A DNA stretch of 64,000 nt from Elsinoe ampelina (Eukaryota), in contig ML992502.1 of assembly GCA_010093995.1 (NCBI GenBank), forward strand, positions 985,001 through 1,049,000, given 5' to 3'. The position numbers and the translations under genes were made by a program. The stretch's first letter is position 1. Each line of letters starts with the position of its first letter. Positions 1 to 11,858 of this stretch are shown here, piece by piece. Under the pieces are notes generated by a model. It made no database searches. It was not told the DNA's origin and was given only the letters and a program-made list of their open reading frames with translations.

Positions 1-801
1 CCATCTCGATATTCTTGCCATTTTCCTTCTTGGTGTTCACGCCGACGACATCCCTAGTTGTACTTTCTGCGCTCAGCGCTGTGGCTCGGTTCGACTGCTC
101 CCTCTCGATGATGTATTCGTGCTGAATCAGATCTGCGAAGACGAACCCGTACAACCCATGTGTGCCACAGGAGTAAAACTTTGTGTTGGCAACGCGGGTA
201 CCAGCGTTGACCATACTCAACATGAAGAAAGGCATGTCAGAAGCGACTACCACGTCGAATGCGGAGAAGTAGTCAGGACCTTTCAGGGTCACATCACCAG
301 TGTCTGCAACGACTGCAACGCGCGGGTTGAGCTCCTGCAGGCGTGTAGCTGCTGCCACTGCCCGAGATGACCCGACATCCTCAGTTCGCAGAAAGTATTG
401 TGCGCCGAGATCGCTTTCCTGCACAAGGTCCATGTCGCTGATGGTCAAAGATCCGATGCCGTTCAAGATCAAATTCTTCGCGATCTCAGTCCCAGTTGCC
501 TTCACATTGACCAGTAAGACCTTGGCTGCGCGTATACGCTCTTGCGCCTTGATTCCCCAGAGCCTTACTTGGCGGTCATATAGCTCGAGCTCTGCGGAAG
601 AAATTCCAGAGTTCTGATCATTCATTTCCAGTGTCGGCAGTGACCTTGCTGTGCTCATACTGTCGATCATTGGACCGTCCATCACTGGTAAGAGCTTTAG
701 CGACAGAATTAAAGGGTAGAGCGGTGAGTCTGACCTGGAGGAATGCCTGGCGCCACTGCATACGTCGCCGTCGCCTCCGTCACCGTCGCATCCGTCGCCA
801 T
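1..801 (-). CDS. AOS1: SUMO-activating enzyme E1 subunit (Aos1/SAE1/Rad31); 3' end runs off the window
   Basis: Manual translation MATDATVTE...ISSAELELYDRQVRLWGIKAQERIRAAKVLL...EIAKNLILNGIGSLTI...LQELNPRV...GLYGFVFADL matches the ThiF/E1 N-terminal pattern. ATG at 801; intron 685..734 (GTCAGA...CTAAA...CAG) restores the frame. Confidence 0.88.
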
Positions 802-1223
802 CGGGGTTGGAAAGGGTCCCGTAACAGGTATTTTTCGGGATGAGGCAAGTACTCGATTTGACTTGATCAATCGGTCTGGTCAGATTTGAATCCGAAATAT
901 AACAGAAAGGAATGTGAGGTGATGCGAAAAATAGTAGATCAGTGAAACCTTTAGTTGGTGTGAGTGAAGGTGATGCCAAGATCTGAAGTGATGTTTGACT
1001 TTCAAGGGCTCCACAAGTTTTGCGGGGCAATCAACAGCGGGCCGAGAACTCCGGCTTTGTGATACGCCGCCGGAGACTGTCACCTTCTGCCTCACCGTCG
1101 TCTCTCTTCATGCCCGAACAATCACACTCTCTGCATGCTGGCTCGCCAGGGACCACCAACGCCCACTATACTCTGGAAATTGTCGTTCTCGCGACGTAAT
1201 ATCTCGCACCACTGGATGCCACC

Positions 1224-2823
1224 ATGGGAGACAGAAGACCGCTTTCGTCGCTGACGGTGGGAGGCAACTGTCAAATCTTGGTGGTACATGTGCTGACTGA
1301 TATGCCAGTCTGGTGACTTTGACGACCCGCCAGCAAGTGCCACCTCATTATCACAAAATGTGGAGACCCGACTGAGTCGCCTTCACCGAACATTGGAAAG
1401 GACAAGGGAAGAGACAGTCAACCAAGCAGAGGCGGCACGGCACGAGCGCTGGGGCACTTATCCAGGTCAAAGGAGGCGCAGGAGTTATATGCGGCCAGCT
1501 GGACCTAGATCTCCTACCTACGAAGGCAGAGGCTGGCCACGAAGTGATGATTCAGACGAGGACGAGCGGCCTCGACACGCAAAGCGTCGGCGGCTAGATC
1601 TGCACTCACACACTTCGGACGAGAAGGCACACAAATACGGTCACTATGGTCAGGTTGAACCGGGTCGCTTAAAGTTCGAGCTAAGCAGTTGCGACGGAGG
1701 CGTACATGACGATGGCGCCCGTGCCGTCTACTATGGACCAAGTAACATCCTGCGACACGACCAGAGCGTATACTGTTCTCGGTCCCCTTCTTGCAATATC
1801 ATCATTCGACACCACGACAATAGCGCCTTCGCGTTAGAGAAGCTATACATCTTAGGTCCAGAGTGCGGCTTCACATCACCGGTCCGACATGGCACGGTCT
1901 GCATCGGCATGGGTCTGGATGAGCTGATGCCACTGGCCGCTGAGGCCTTGCTGTACAGTGCGCGCGGAGGAACCTTCAATGAGAGTGATGGCGAGGATGA
2001 GGGCGAAGGCGAGGGCGGAGAACAACTAAGCCTGCTGGAGAGTTTACGTGATCCAGAAATATCGAGGGCAATCCGACCACGAGGCGAGGATTGGGGCCAG
2101 GCCCCTTACCCTTTCCCTTACCCTCTACCGCCAGCACAGAGTACCAGCAATCGAGACGGCAGGATCTGGCCGAACAACGAGTTCTCGTGGCCAGCGCTGG
2201 AGCCGCAACGTCGGCCGGCGGGCGCCAATGCACCGGGATCATACCCAGGGAACGTACCCAGTGCTCCCCGGCGGTATACTGCCAACTCAGCACGCATGAC
2301 TACACTTGATTCAGGCATGCAAATCACGTTCGATTGTTCAGAGGAGGTCCACTGGCCCGAAGAGCCCACCACTGCAGCAGTTCTTGATGACAGACGACGC
2401 CGCGAACAGAGGATCAATGATGGACTCGACTCAGACGAAGGAGCTCAGACCTATCAGGACAGACGGTTCCGCTCATTCCAGCGATTACGCCGCGGCATAC
2501 GACAACGGGAAACACCTAGCTATCCGCAGATGGACAGTCCCCGTCCGGGAAGCACGCAACCCGGTCTTCTACGCCCACCCAGCCTGCATCAGAGCGGGAG
2601 CCACGCCGGTAGCTCACGGACCATACACGATGTCACAAAGGTAAAGTTTCACATGGAGCACCGCAAAAGCAAGGTGGCGATACATTTCGATCCACCAGTA
2701 TCTGGGACGTGCATTTTGCTGCAGCTTCATGGCGCTTCCGATGCGGAAAACGTGGATATCCAGACGGTCATTGCTTGTGGATACGCTGGACCGAGGTTCC
2801 TGCCAGCAACAACTCTTGCTTGA
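1224..2823 (+). CDS. Fungal hypothetical protein (PGRLKFELSSCDGG...YCS...F.LEKLYI..P..GFTSPV motif; C-terminal I.FDPPVSG..ILLQL)
   Basis: 487-aa ORF 1360..2823. Likely ATG at 1224 with intron 1257..1308 (GTGGGA...GCTGAC...CAG) joining in frame. Confidence 0.7.
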
Positions 2824-2962
2824 GCGAGCTACGTTTGAGAGGTGGCACGTATCATCACAGGCTGTAACGGCAGCATAGCTCATGAAGATACCCTTGAGGA
2901 AAGACCTGAGAAGGAGGATGACGATGAATAATACACATCAATGAAGCTGATCAAACACACTT

Positions 2963-4005
2963 CTATCTTCTGCTCGTACCGCCAAACCCTGTAGAGCTAT
3001 GAGAATTACCAGATGGCCTTGATGGACCCGCTGCGTAGCCTGAACGATAACCTCCGCCGTATCCGTCATCCCATCGATTGCCCCATCTTGAGCCATAACC
3101 CCAACGAGGTCCATTGTCGTAGTATTGATTGTTGTTACCCAAGCGTCCGAGGAAGTAGCCAGCCGCGGCACCCGCGAGGCCTCCAGTCCAGAATCCAGGT
3201 TGACCTTGCTGCTGCTGTTGAGCGCCTGTAGCGCTGCTTGTGCTAGATCCTTTGGTATGCGGGCCGAAGCCAGGGCCTTGTGAGTAAGGTGGCGGTGGGT
3301 CGTTCCCGTCTACAATTGTTAGGTCCTCACTAGACCAACGTTGCCGAGCTACTCACCTCCACCGCCGCCGAATCCTCCTCCCCAGCCTCCGCCGCCGTAT
3401 GGCGGACCCCCAGGACGGCCCCGAGGTCTTCTGCTACCTCCCGTGCAGTTGTCCCAGATGCCATACCCAATGACACCGAAGATGACTGCTATCGTCAGTA
3501 TGTGTCGTCCACCACGTCCTTCGAGGTACTCACAAGCAAGAACCGCAAACCCAATGAGGGTGTCCGTCCAAGAATTCTCACTCCCATGACCATATACCAT
3601 CTCCCCCCTCTCCGTCAACTGCAACCTATACTCCACCCCACAACTCCCCTTCAAAACATACGGATCATCAGGCGAATCATACCCTTCGCAAACCACTTCC
3701 GTGGACCCGAGCTTAAACTCCTCTGGCAAGTTCGCCTCACACGTCCATTGCACGTCGTTGGCGTCGTAGTCTGAGCCGACGTTCCTGCAACGCACAACAT
3801 CCACGTTTTCGCTGGCCCATTTCCGTGCATTGCCTCCGACGCATCGTAGCTGTGGAATCGGCGTGACTCGTCTGTGGGTGGTTTGTTTGCCGGATCGTAA
3901 TGTGAGGGTTTTGACTTTGCTCAGGAGTATGGCGTCGGATGACTTGCCCGCCTCCGCGAGGGTTGCGGCTCCGAGAGCGAGGGCGAGGAGGGAGGAGACG
4001 TGCAT
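2963..4005 (-). CDS. SARAF: Store-operated calcium entry-associated regulatory factor (SARAF/TMEM66 family)
   Basis: Signal peptide MHVSSLLALALG; LLSKVKTLTL...TTHRRV.PIPQL.CVGG...VQWTCEANLP..FKLG..EVVCEGY.SPDDPYVLKGSCGVEYRL; TM helix; Gly-rich tail ending HSSTGFGGTSRR*. Two GTGAGT introns. Confidence 0.9.
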
Positions 4006-4243
4006 ATCGCTGCTCCAGGACGCTTGTGATAGTATCCCTTGTCTTTGATGGTATAGCGACATGAATTGGTTCAGTGGCGCGGTATACCAGAGTTAAATAC
4101 TGTTTGGTGGCGAAGACAGTTGTTCTCAATTTCCACAAACGTGCCTGACCAAAGTCCAGGCATCAACGTCGCCGTCGGGAGCTGTGAAACTTTGCAACGC
4201 CGTCTAGCGGTGTAGTAGACAGGGTTCGAAGAGGGTTTTTGAG

Positions 4244-6079
4244 ATGAAGGAAAGAATCACCTATCTGTTGGCTGATGGTGAGCCTGGTGTGAATCCCGCT
4301 GATGTGCTGGTCGCGGAGGATGCGATCCAGCTTCCTGGAATTTTGGCTGCGAAAGAGTGGCGGATCACAATAGGAGTGGATCAGCTGCCAGAAGAGGTAC
4401 TCACCGAGTCTGTTATTGTATGAGCTTGTGCTGAAATGAGATAGGTCCAAGCGATTCTGAGAGATAGCCATGAGCTACATCTCCGGTGGTCTTCGTCACA
4501 GTATCACGACAGCGTCTCACCCCTGGTCTCGCGTTTGCCTCCTGGACTGCATGCCTTTTACACACCACTAAAGGGCAAACCGATTGCGTATGGTTCATTA
4601 AGTCCAAACGCACTGCCCCATCTAACATTTCTAGACCCGGACTATGTCCGATGATTAAGGATGTGTTCGGCTTTGATCTAAAATGCGACGACACAAAGGT
4701 TCTCTGAGATAGTACCATTCTACATCTGCATATTGACTGACTTCTCCTCAGGATGCATTCACTCGAGCCCCTGTACTATCGGAAAGGTTTGCAAGCTCTG
4801 CAGCCTACCAGTACTACCAACAGATCGCCACTCTTGAGCCTCTGCAGTTCTACCTCGTAGCAAACTTATGCCACGACTATACCGAACAATGCACACTCGT
4901 CATGGACGATCTCATGCGAGCATCTTCTCTCGACTTCGACTTCGACGCCATCTCACAATCAGTCGTGGTGACAGCGACATGGCCAGCTGCCATACAAAAT
5001 GGAATCGAGCAAAAACGCTCCCCCGAAGACCGCGTCGAAGTCGGCATCCTCAACAGAGAAACCGAGAAAGACCCCGAGAAGATATCTCTAGGCGGCTTCC
5101 TCACCGTCCTCGGCGAGGACGACCGACCAAGTATGCCCCCTCCCTCACCCCCCTCCCCACCCCCCTAACCCTCCCAGAACCCACCCTCTTCTCCTTCCCC
5201 TCCCGGCACCACCAACTCCCCGCCTCCTCCCCAGAAAGCTTCACCTTCACCACCACCTTCCGCGAACCCACCGGCCTCCACCCGACTCTCCAGCTCCACT
5301 TCTCCCCCTCAAACCTCACCGGCCCCCTCCCCTCCTGCTCCCTCCACACCTACCTCACCCTCCCCTCCACCCTCTTCATCGACCGCCACCAGCTCTCCGA
5401 CCCCTTATTCCTCGCCTCCCAGAACCTAGCCGCATTGCACTCCCTCTCCGGCGCCACGGACCTCGAGGCTCCCGAATGGGTGGTGCAGCAGTGGGGTTCG
5501 GCGGCGCTGTTCTCGCTCGTCACGCCGGACGATCTGCCTCGCGCGTCGCAGCCCAAGGCGGGTGAGCCGTGGACGGTGTCTGTGCCGTTGCATCTGAGGT
5601 ATTTGCCGCCGCGGCATGGGAAGGATAGTGCGACGTATCCCTCTTCTGCTATCGATGGGGACGACACGACTAAGCCGGGGAAACTCACGACCTCGGTTCC
5701 GTATCCTGTTGTGTTCTGGGCTTGTCCTGCGGATTCGGGGCTGAAGATGAATGTCAATCCGTTTGATAAAGTGAATTTGGGGTACGATGGTTTGTTTGGG
5801 CCGAAGACGCTGTTCTACCATGTGCCGCCGACAGGGGCGACGGTGGGGGGGAAGCTGAGTGGGACGGAGAAGGAGTTGACTGTCGAGGTGGAGGTGCCGG
5901 TGTTGGATCTGGATGGGGCGGGGTGGGTGGAGAGTGGGACGGGACTGGTGGTGCTGGTGGGGTTTGCGTGGGTGCTTTGGAAATTGTGGGCGGGCATGGC
6001 AGGGGACACAAAGAAGGGGAGCAGAGCACGGCAGGCTGAAAGGGCAAAGGTGAAGGTGACTGGGAAGAAGAGGCAATGA
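4244..6079 (+). CDS. PBN1: PIG-X/Pbn1, GPI mannosyltransferase I stabilising subunit
   Basis: Exon 1 MKERITYL...AAKEWRITIG; SHELHLRW...SRLPPGLHAFYTP; FREPTGLHPTLQL...CSLHTYLTLPSTLFIDRHQL...GATDLEAPEW...VPLHLRYL...NPFD...LGYDGLFGP; C-terminal TM plus KKRQ. About 4 short introns (first 4397..4444). Confidence 0.9.
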
Positions 6080-6173
6080 TCATTATCACTGTAGCTACAG
6101 ACACCCAGGACGATACTTACTCACCCCATTTCGGTGTCTCCCAAGCGCAGCGGTAAATACCTCCCGTTGTTGA

Positions 6174-6329
6174 TTGCCAAATGGCATTCGCCTTCGTACG
6201 ACGGGTCGATATTTCGTTCTTTGCGAAATCGGCTTTTCTCCATGATTCGGAGTTGGTTTGCATTTGTTTTTGCCAAAAGGCATTCTCCTTGACACGGAGG
6301 GTATTGTGTTCGTTCTTTGCCGGTTCGGC
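6174..6329. repeat. Diverged direct repeat, period 96 nt
   Basis: TTGCCAAATGGCATTCGCCTT...TTCGTTCTTTGC...TCGGC (6174) versus TTGCCAAAAGGCATTCTCCTT...TTCGTTCTTTGC...TCGGC (6270). Confidence 0.75.
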
Positions 6330-6599
6330 ATTATTCGCTCGTATCGAGCTGGTAGTAAATATCCTCTGATCGAGGAACCTTTTGTGCTTCCACTTGAGAT
6401 TGTTCGTCATCAAGCTGGCATTGTTCACTGTTGATGAACTTTTGGGGAATGTCCACCGTCTTTGGCCGATGGCCTGGTAGTGTATTCTTGCTATGGGATC
6501 GAGAAGACGTGAAGGGGGTGGGTACTAAATGCACATGTAAGCAGTAACGGATGGCCGCAATCGGCACAGGTTCTTCATATGACTTGTACCTGATCAGCT

Positions 6600-7406
6600 T
6601 CAGGTCTGATCGGACCTTTGGAATGGAAGCCCTGCCTCGAAGCGGACACGAGCTTGTTGGCGAGCTTCTTCGGTCAGAAGCCGGCAGTCATGGTACAAAT
6701 GGGTTCTCGCCGATCGGCGATTTCCCTCATCAAGACAGTTTTGACATGGAGTCGCAACAGCGTTCTCTGCGCGACGACGGCGGCGACGAGCTCGTCTTGA
6801 AGCTTGGGTCGCTTCACGGTCTTGGTCGCTGGCTTCTTCGCGACGGTGTGTCGACCTTTCGCGGTCTGCCCCTCGGACAGACTCACGTTCGGGTAGACGA
6901 AGGAGTCTTCGCTCTTGGGGCGATTGCGATCGATGTCGCTGCTGGGTGTAGGGCGGAGGTGGGCTTGAATACTCAGCCGGACGTGAGAGTGCAGAAGACT
7001 GTTCTCTTGCACGACCTGCTGATGGACGACGTCTTTGTTGAGTTCGATGCAGAGCATCTACTTGATCATGCAGCCGCCCAATTTGCATCTTCGCGATGTC
7101 GTAACGACTGCAAGTTTCATCATGCTCGTCTTCACCACGCATCCAGTGCTCCCAAAACACGTCAAGCTGGTGCTGGGATATGTCAGCAGGGCGGTGCGCG
7201 CTCGGTGCACCTCGACGTCGCGTTGCTATCACAGCTGCGCCGACAGCAGTAATGATCCCTTGACACTCGCAGTCACGAGTGCCGAATTCGTTTCTGATTT
7301 CGCCGCCGCAGACATCACAAACCCCATCATCAGTGTCGCGGCGAAACCTAGGACGAGATCTTCTCTCAATCGTTTGAGCATTGCCATACCTGTCATTTGA
7401 GGACAT
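6600..7406 (-). CDS. Orphan 268-aa Arg-rich protein with Cys/His clusters (Gag/nucleocapsid-like features)
   Basis: Intronless ATG-started ORF with CxxC-x12-CxC near the N-terminus, a predicted coiled coil, PPPPY, a poly-Arg tract and C-x2-C-x11-H-x4-C near the C-terminus. No family recognised. Confidence 0.5.
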   Translation of the reverse strand: MSSNDRYGNAQTIERRSRPRFRRDTDDGVCDVCGGEIRNEFGTRDCECQGIITAVGAAVIATRRRGAPSAHRPADISQHQLDVFWEHWMRGEDEHDETCSRYDIAKMQIGRLHDQVDALHRTQQRRRPSAGRAREQSSALSRPAEYSSPPPPYTQQRHRSQSPQERRLLRLPERESVRGADRERSTHRREEASDQDREATQASRRARRRRRRAENAVATPCQNCLDEGNRRSARTHLYHDCRLLTEEARQQARVRFEAGLPFQRSDQT

Positions 7407-7919
7407 GTTGATTGGCTGATCGTGTATGATAGGCTTTCGTGATATGTGAGGATGCTCGATTTCGATTTTGGTCTTGGTGGGTTGTTGTTGTTGATTGAAG
7501 CTCGAAGATCTGACGGGAAGCTTGAGAGAAATATTATGTGGGCCCCACCCCGCAGAGCCGCATTTCTGAATTTCATGCGACCTCTATCAAAGACCTTGCT
7601 GTCATCGGCCTAGCTTCGTAAGTAGTTACTCATGGTACTTCCACCTATCATATCCGACCCTCGAACAGCCTTTGATCTGCACTCCCATCACTCATTGAGG
7701 GCACCAGAGCAGACATTCGTCAAGTTGTCAACATGATATCCACCGCCAAGCTGGACGAATCGACCATGGACTACGACGACAACAAGCATCATCAACAAGC
7801 TTTAGTCTGACATCAACAACAACACCAACACCAATATACCTGCTCTACTGATCAATGGTCCCAGCGGACGCAATGTCGCGTCGTCGTGAATCGACTGTAT
7901 CATCCTTCTTGAACAAGCA

Positions 7920-8419
7920 ATGACTTTTACTTCAAGTAAAGCTACAAATTGCTCCAAACAACCTCTCCACGAAACCTTCACAGCCCTTGACTTCGCTTCG
8001 TTGTTGCAATTGGTGTCCTCTAATTCAATACTTGCTCGCAGCTTCTTCTCGGCTTTGGCTTCGTCAAATTCTTGTTGGCGACACATATTCAAACAACCTT
8101 CCAAGAAGCCGTCAAGTTCAACAACCCCTCTGTCGGCAACACTGCAAGGATCCGTCAAGTTCAACACTCTCCCTATCGACGTCGCACCCTTCCTCATCTC
8201 CGTTCCACGAGCTGGGCGAAGACGACCGGCCACGCTATCACTATTCAGATGGCACAGATCCAAACAACCTTGCAAGAAGCTGGCGAATTCAACACCCCGT
8301 CTGTAGACATGTCACCATCCTTGACCTCCGTTGCGCATCCTACCCCAGGCCAACCCATTCCTATTTCCGGTATCCTCGTTTACCTGCTCAACATCTCCGC
8401 GAAAATTATCTCTAAATAA
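7920..8419 (+). pseudogene. Probable frameshifted remnant of an internally repeated gene
   Basis: Related units QTTFQEAVKFNNPSVG, LQGSVKFNTLPIDVAPFLISV and QTTLQEAGEFNTPSVDMSPSLTSV lie in two different reading frames. Confidence 0.4.
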
Positions 8420-8719
8420 TTCATCTCCGAGACCTCTGGTGGTGCTAAAACAGCAGACCCCGTCGGAGTAGTAGCAGTAAGCATCTTCGCCACGCCAGCA
8501 TTCCAAGTCGGCACGACTATCCCGCTGATCGATATCCTCCTGGCGAAATATAAGTCGTGTGCCCTCCTCTCTTCTGCATCTCAGGGCCTCAGTACCACCG
8601 TCCCAGGCCGTCTCCGTCTAGGCTGGTGGTTGGTGGCGCGAAGGCAACTCTTTCACCGGGGAAAAGGGTGCTAGTCGAGGATAAACGCTGGGAGTGTCAG
8701 CCAATCAACATCTCTGCTC

Positions 8720-9660
8720 TTTCTACCTCTTCGCCTGCTCGACATGAACAAAGTGCTCCAACTTCAAGTTTCTACTTCTTCGCCAGGAGTCTGTTGCGCA
8801 GATGTGCGGCTTTCTGGTCACGTTCAAATTGAGCTTTGGACCCTGTGACCCGCCCGTGCAGTCTTTGTTCCTCTTTTGCGCTTACATAGTCAGCGAGATC
8901 CTGGCTATACGGCGATAAATCGGCTTACCGCACAAACTGTCCAATGTCGCTCGTCCTTTGACCAAGGCATCAACCTCCTTCTTCATGCTGATAAGCTTGG
9001 CGCCATTGATAGGTGCTGTTCTCGGCGCTTCCTTTGACATGCTGTTGGCACATGGTAGCTGGACCTGGTACGAAAATACGTCAAATCCTCAGAGACACGA
9101 GCAGCATATTATGTCTCTTCAAGCGAAGCGCAGCAAAGTCGAGAAGTAAAAGCCAAGAAAGGATCAATACCTCAGCGTTTCACAAGCAAGTCAACTTCGG
9201 CTTTGTGGAAGCCTCCTACGAAAGTGACATCAACGCGTCGAGTCCACAGGGGCCTGAACGGCATATCGAGTCTCTCCGAAGGGAGCGTGGGGTAGTTGAG
9301 GGATACAAACCAACGAAAGATTCTCGACTAAAAGAAATGCAGCGTCTGTCGTCAATCAGTAGGCTATTAGAAAAACCGCAACACGAATGCGTTGTTGATA
9401 ATTTTAACTCACCTACAGACGCCCGTCCTGGATACCTCTCCTCGATCTCGGCAACATCGATACACCTACTACCTCTCCGCCTAGATTCCCGTTCAATACC
9501 CCAGCAGCAACACCTGTGACCTCGGGTAGAATACGTGGCAGAGAAATACAAACCAACAACAGTTCCTCAAATGAAGGAGATGTAGCGAGTGCCGCTAGCA
9601 GGATACACGCATGGATGGTGACAAGGAAGCATAGGAAGTAGCAAGCATCATTCACACTGC
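8720..9660 (-). pseudogene. Possible decayed multi-exon gene
   Basis: Intron-like segments 9328..9412 (GTGAGT...TAG), about 9065..9170 (GTATTG...CAG) and 8881..8928 (GTAAGC...CTGAC...AAG) separate short peptide segments, but in-frame stops sit at the junctions. Confidence 0.3.
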
Positions 9661-10744
9661 TTGAGATTTGATGTCCTCCGAATCTGCTACATTCTTGTCC
9701 ATCTCTTCAAAGGCTCCACCTGCCAGCCTACTAACCCTTACCATCTCTGTTAGTTGACATCTCTATTGTTTTGATACTTCAGCTTCTCGATAATGTAAAG
9801 ACAAAGCAGCACCTAGCCCCAACCGCTGGAGCAGCCAGCGACTCGCCTAACCCTCACCAGACAGCCCTTGCATTCAAAGCCAGAGCAGCAGATCGCAAAT
9901 ACGACAGCACTCCTGTGATCTCTGCACCGCACGACCAGCTCCGTCTTGGTCGCAAGAGCACCACTAGGATTTGCCAATGAGCTGGCCGTGCAGTTCGATG
10001 CTTCAGCGACGGAGATCGCAATCCGGGTTCTCGACATCGAGGCATCCTCGATCGTGCAGAACTGCGGTCGTGCGTATGCGACCCTCCACTTTCCTCCACA
10101 ATCATGCCTCCAAGCATGGGCCCCAAGCGACGGTGATCGAGCGGGATTGGCAGCGCTGAGGATATTCCATAATGCCAATGTACGGAGCGTCCCCGTTGAT
10201 CAGATGCCATAAGACCTTGGGACCAGTCTAGCGGCAGCTCCTGCTTATGGGCGTGACGTGTTGTAGTCATGATACGCTTGTCTGGAATTGGCGACAGTGG
10301 AAGGCTCGCCAGCCGTGAATACGCACCCGGTGAAGTAGGTAGGTAGCAGCAGACAAGTACTACCACGATCCGGGTTGTCGAGGGAAGGATCTTCGTATAT
10401 CAACCTTGGCTGCCCATTGTTGTGACTAGCATTTGATGGACCGGTTGCGTCATGATTGCTTCGATCATAGACGTGCATGGAAAATTTACCGGCGGAGATG
10501 ATTCTTGGGATGGCTTATACGGAGTAAGTCCTCTTGCCGGGGAGCGAGGCTGACAAGGGGGAGATGATCGCGGTCTGAAGTGGCGGAGGCGAGCGCTGGG
10601 AAGGCGGCTAGTGTGCCGAGATATGTAGAGGAGCGGACCTCAGAGATCTTGTACTGTGGTCGAGTAGAGAATCCGTGAGATTCCCTCCGCAGAGGCTCTC
10701 GACGGCGGTTGTCTGGTGACAGGCCGATGATCACGCGACAGACT

Positions 10745-10792
10745 CCAGCAGTTCAGCTGTTCAGCAGTTCCACAATTCAACAGTTCAGCAAG
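10745..10792. repeat. Degenerate 8-bp tandem repeat (TCAGCAGT) x6
   Basis: ccagcagt tcagctgt tcagcagt tccacaat tcaacagt tcagcaag. Confidence 0.65.
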
Positions 10793-11287
10793 GAGTGAAG
10801 ATGTAATAGGTACACAACGACTCTGCCAATGCAGGGACCCGGTATTAGAAAAGTCTGAAAACATCCAATCTGCATATAGATCGTCACATGAGTATAGAGG
10901 CACAAAAGGACACTGAGTTCGGTCGACAGGTGCCGGACAGGTTGAGCTGGTGGGACCTGCTGATAACTACCTACCAGAGGGAGCAGGTGGAGCAGCAGGC
11001 AGGGCAGCAGGCTGTGCTGGCGGTGCTTGACGTTTAGCAACATGATGCTGAGTGGTAGTTGGAAAGTTATTACTGCGTGGGTGCGTGTGGTTGCCGCACT
11101 GACAGCGAGTCATGCACGCCCAGCTCTCTGATGATGCCCGCAACTACCTTAAACTCCTCCACTCTCTCACAAGATCTCCAACCTTCTCCATACCACTGCA
11201 TAGCCATTGGCTCGCTCTTCGAAGCAGTTCATCCCCTGCAGCCACAAATCATGCTCCCACCACCCCGCTAGCTGCCTCTATTCCAAA

Positions 11288-11858
11288 ATGTCTCCCTCCC
11301 CTCCCCCTCTCCTCTCTACCACCCACTAACCTCCCCAGGGTCGTCTTCTCCCTCCTCATAATCAACAAAGCCGGCGGCCTCATCTTCACGCGGACCTACT
11401 CCCCCGGCCTCGCCACGCTCAGCAGCAACGACTACCTCATCCTCGCCGGCACCTTCCACGGCATCCACGCCATCGCCCGCTCGCTCTGCCCAGTCCCCCA
11501 CTCCACCCTGCCCCTCCCGTCCGCGAGTCCCGCCATCTTCGCACCGGGCGCGACGTCCGCGACGCCGCAGCTGGGCACCACCACTTCCGTCCCGGGGCCG
11601 CAGAGACGGGCCAGCGCGACGGGGATCGAGAGTCTCGAGAGTGGGAAGTTTAGGTTGACGGTGTATCAGACGCCGACGGGGGTGAAGTTCTTGTTGTTTA
11701 CGAGCCCGGAGCAGGCGGGGTGTGAGGGGTTGGTGAGGAGGTGTTATGAGGTGTACGCGGGGTTTGTGATGGGGAATCCGTTTTATAGTCTGGAGATGCC
11801 GATACGGGTGGAGAAGTTTGAGGGGGAGGTGGGGAGGGTGTTGGGGAGGCCTGTGTGA
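11288..11858 (+). CDS. TRS23: TRAPP complex subunit Trs23 (sybindin family)
   Basis: MVVFSLLIINKAGGLIF...LSSNDYLILAGTFHGIHAI...GIESLE...FRLTVYQTPTGVKFLLFT...VMGNPFYSLEMPIR.EKF. ATG is formed across intron 11290..11338. Confidence 0.93.

Noticed and set aside
6090..7600. Intact LTR or DNA transposon
   Set aside because: No LTRs, TIRs, TSD, reverse transcriptase, integrase or transposase motifs seen.
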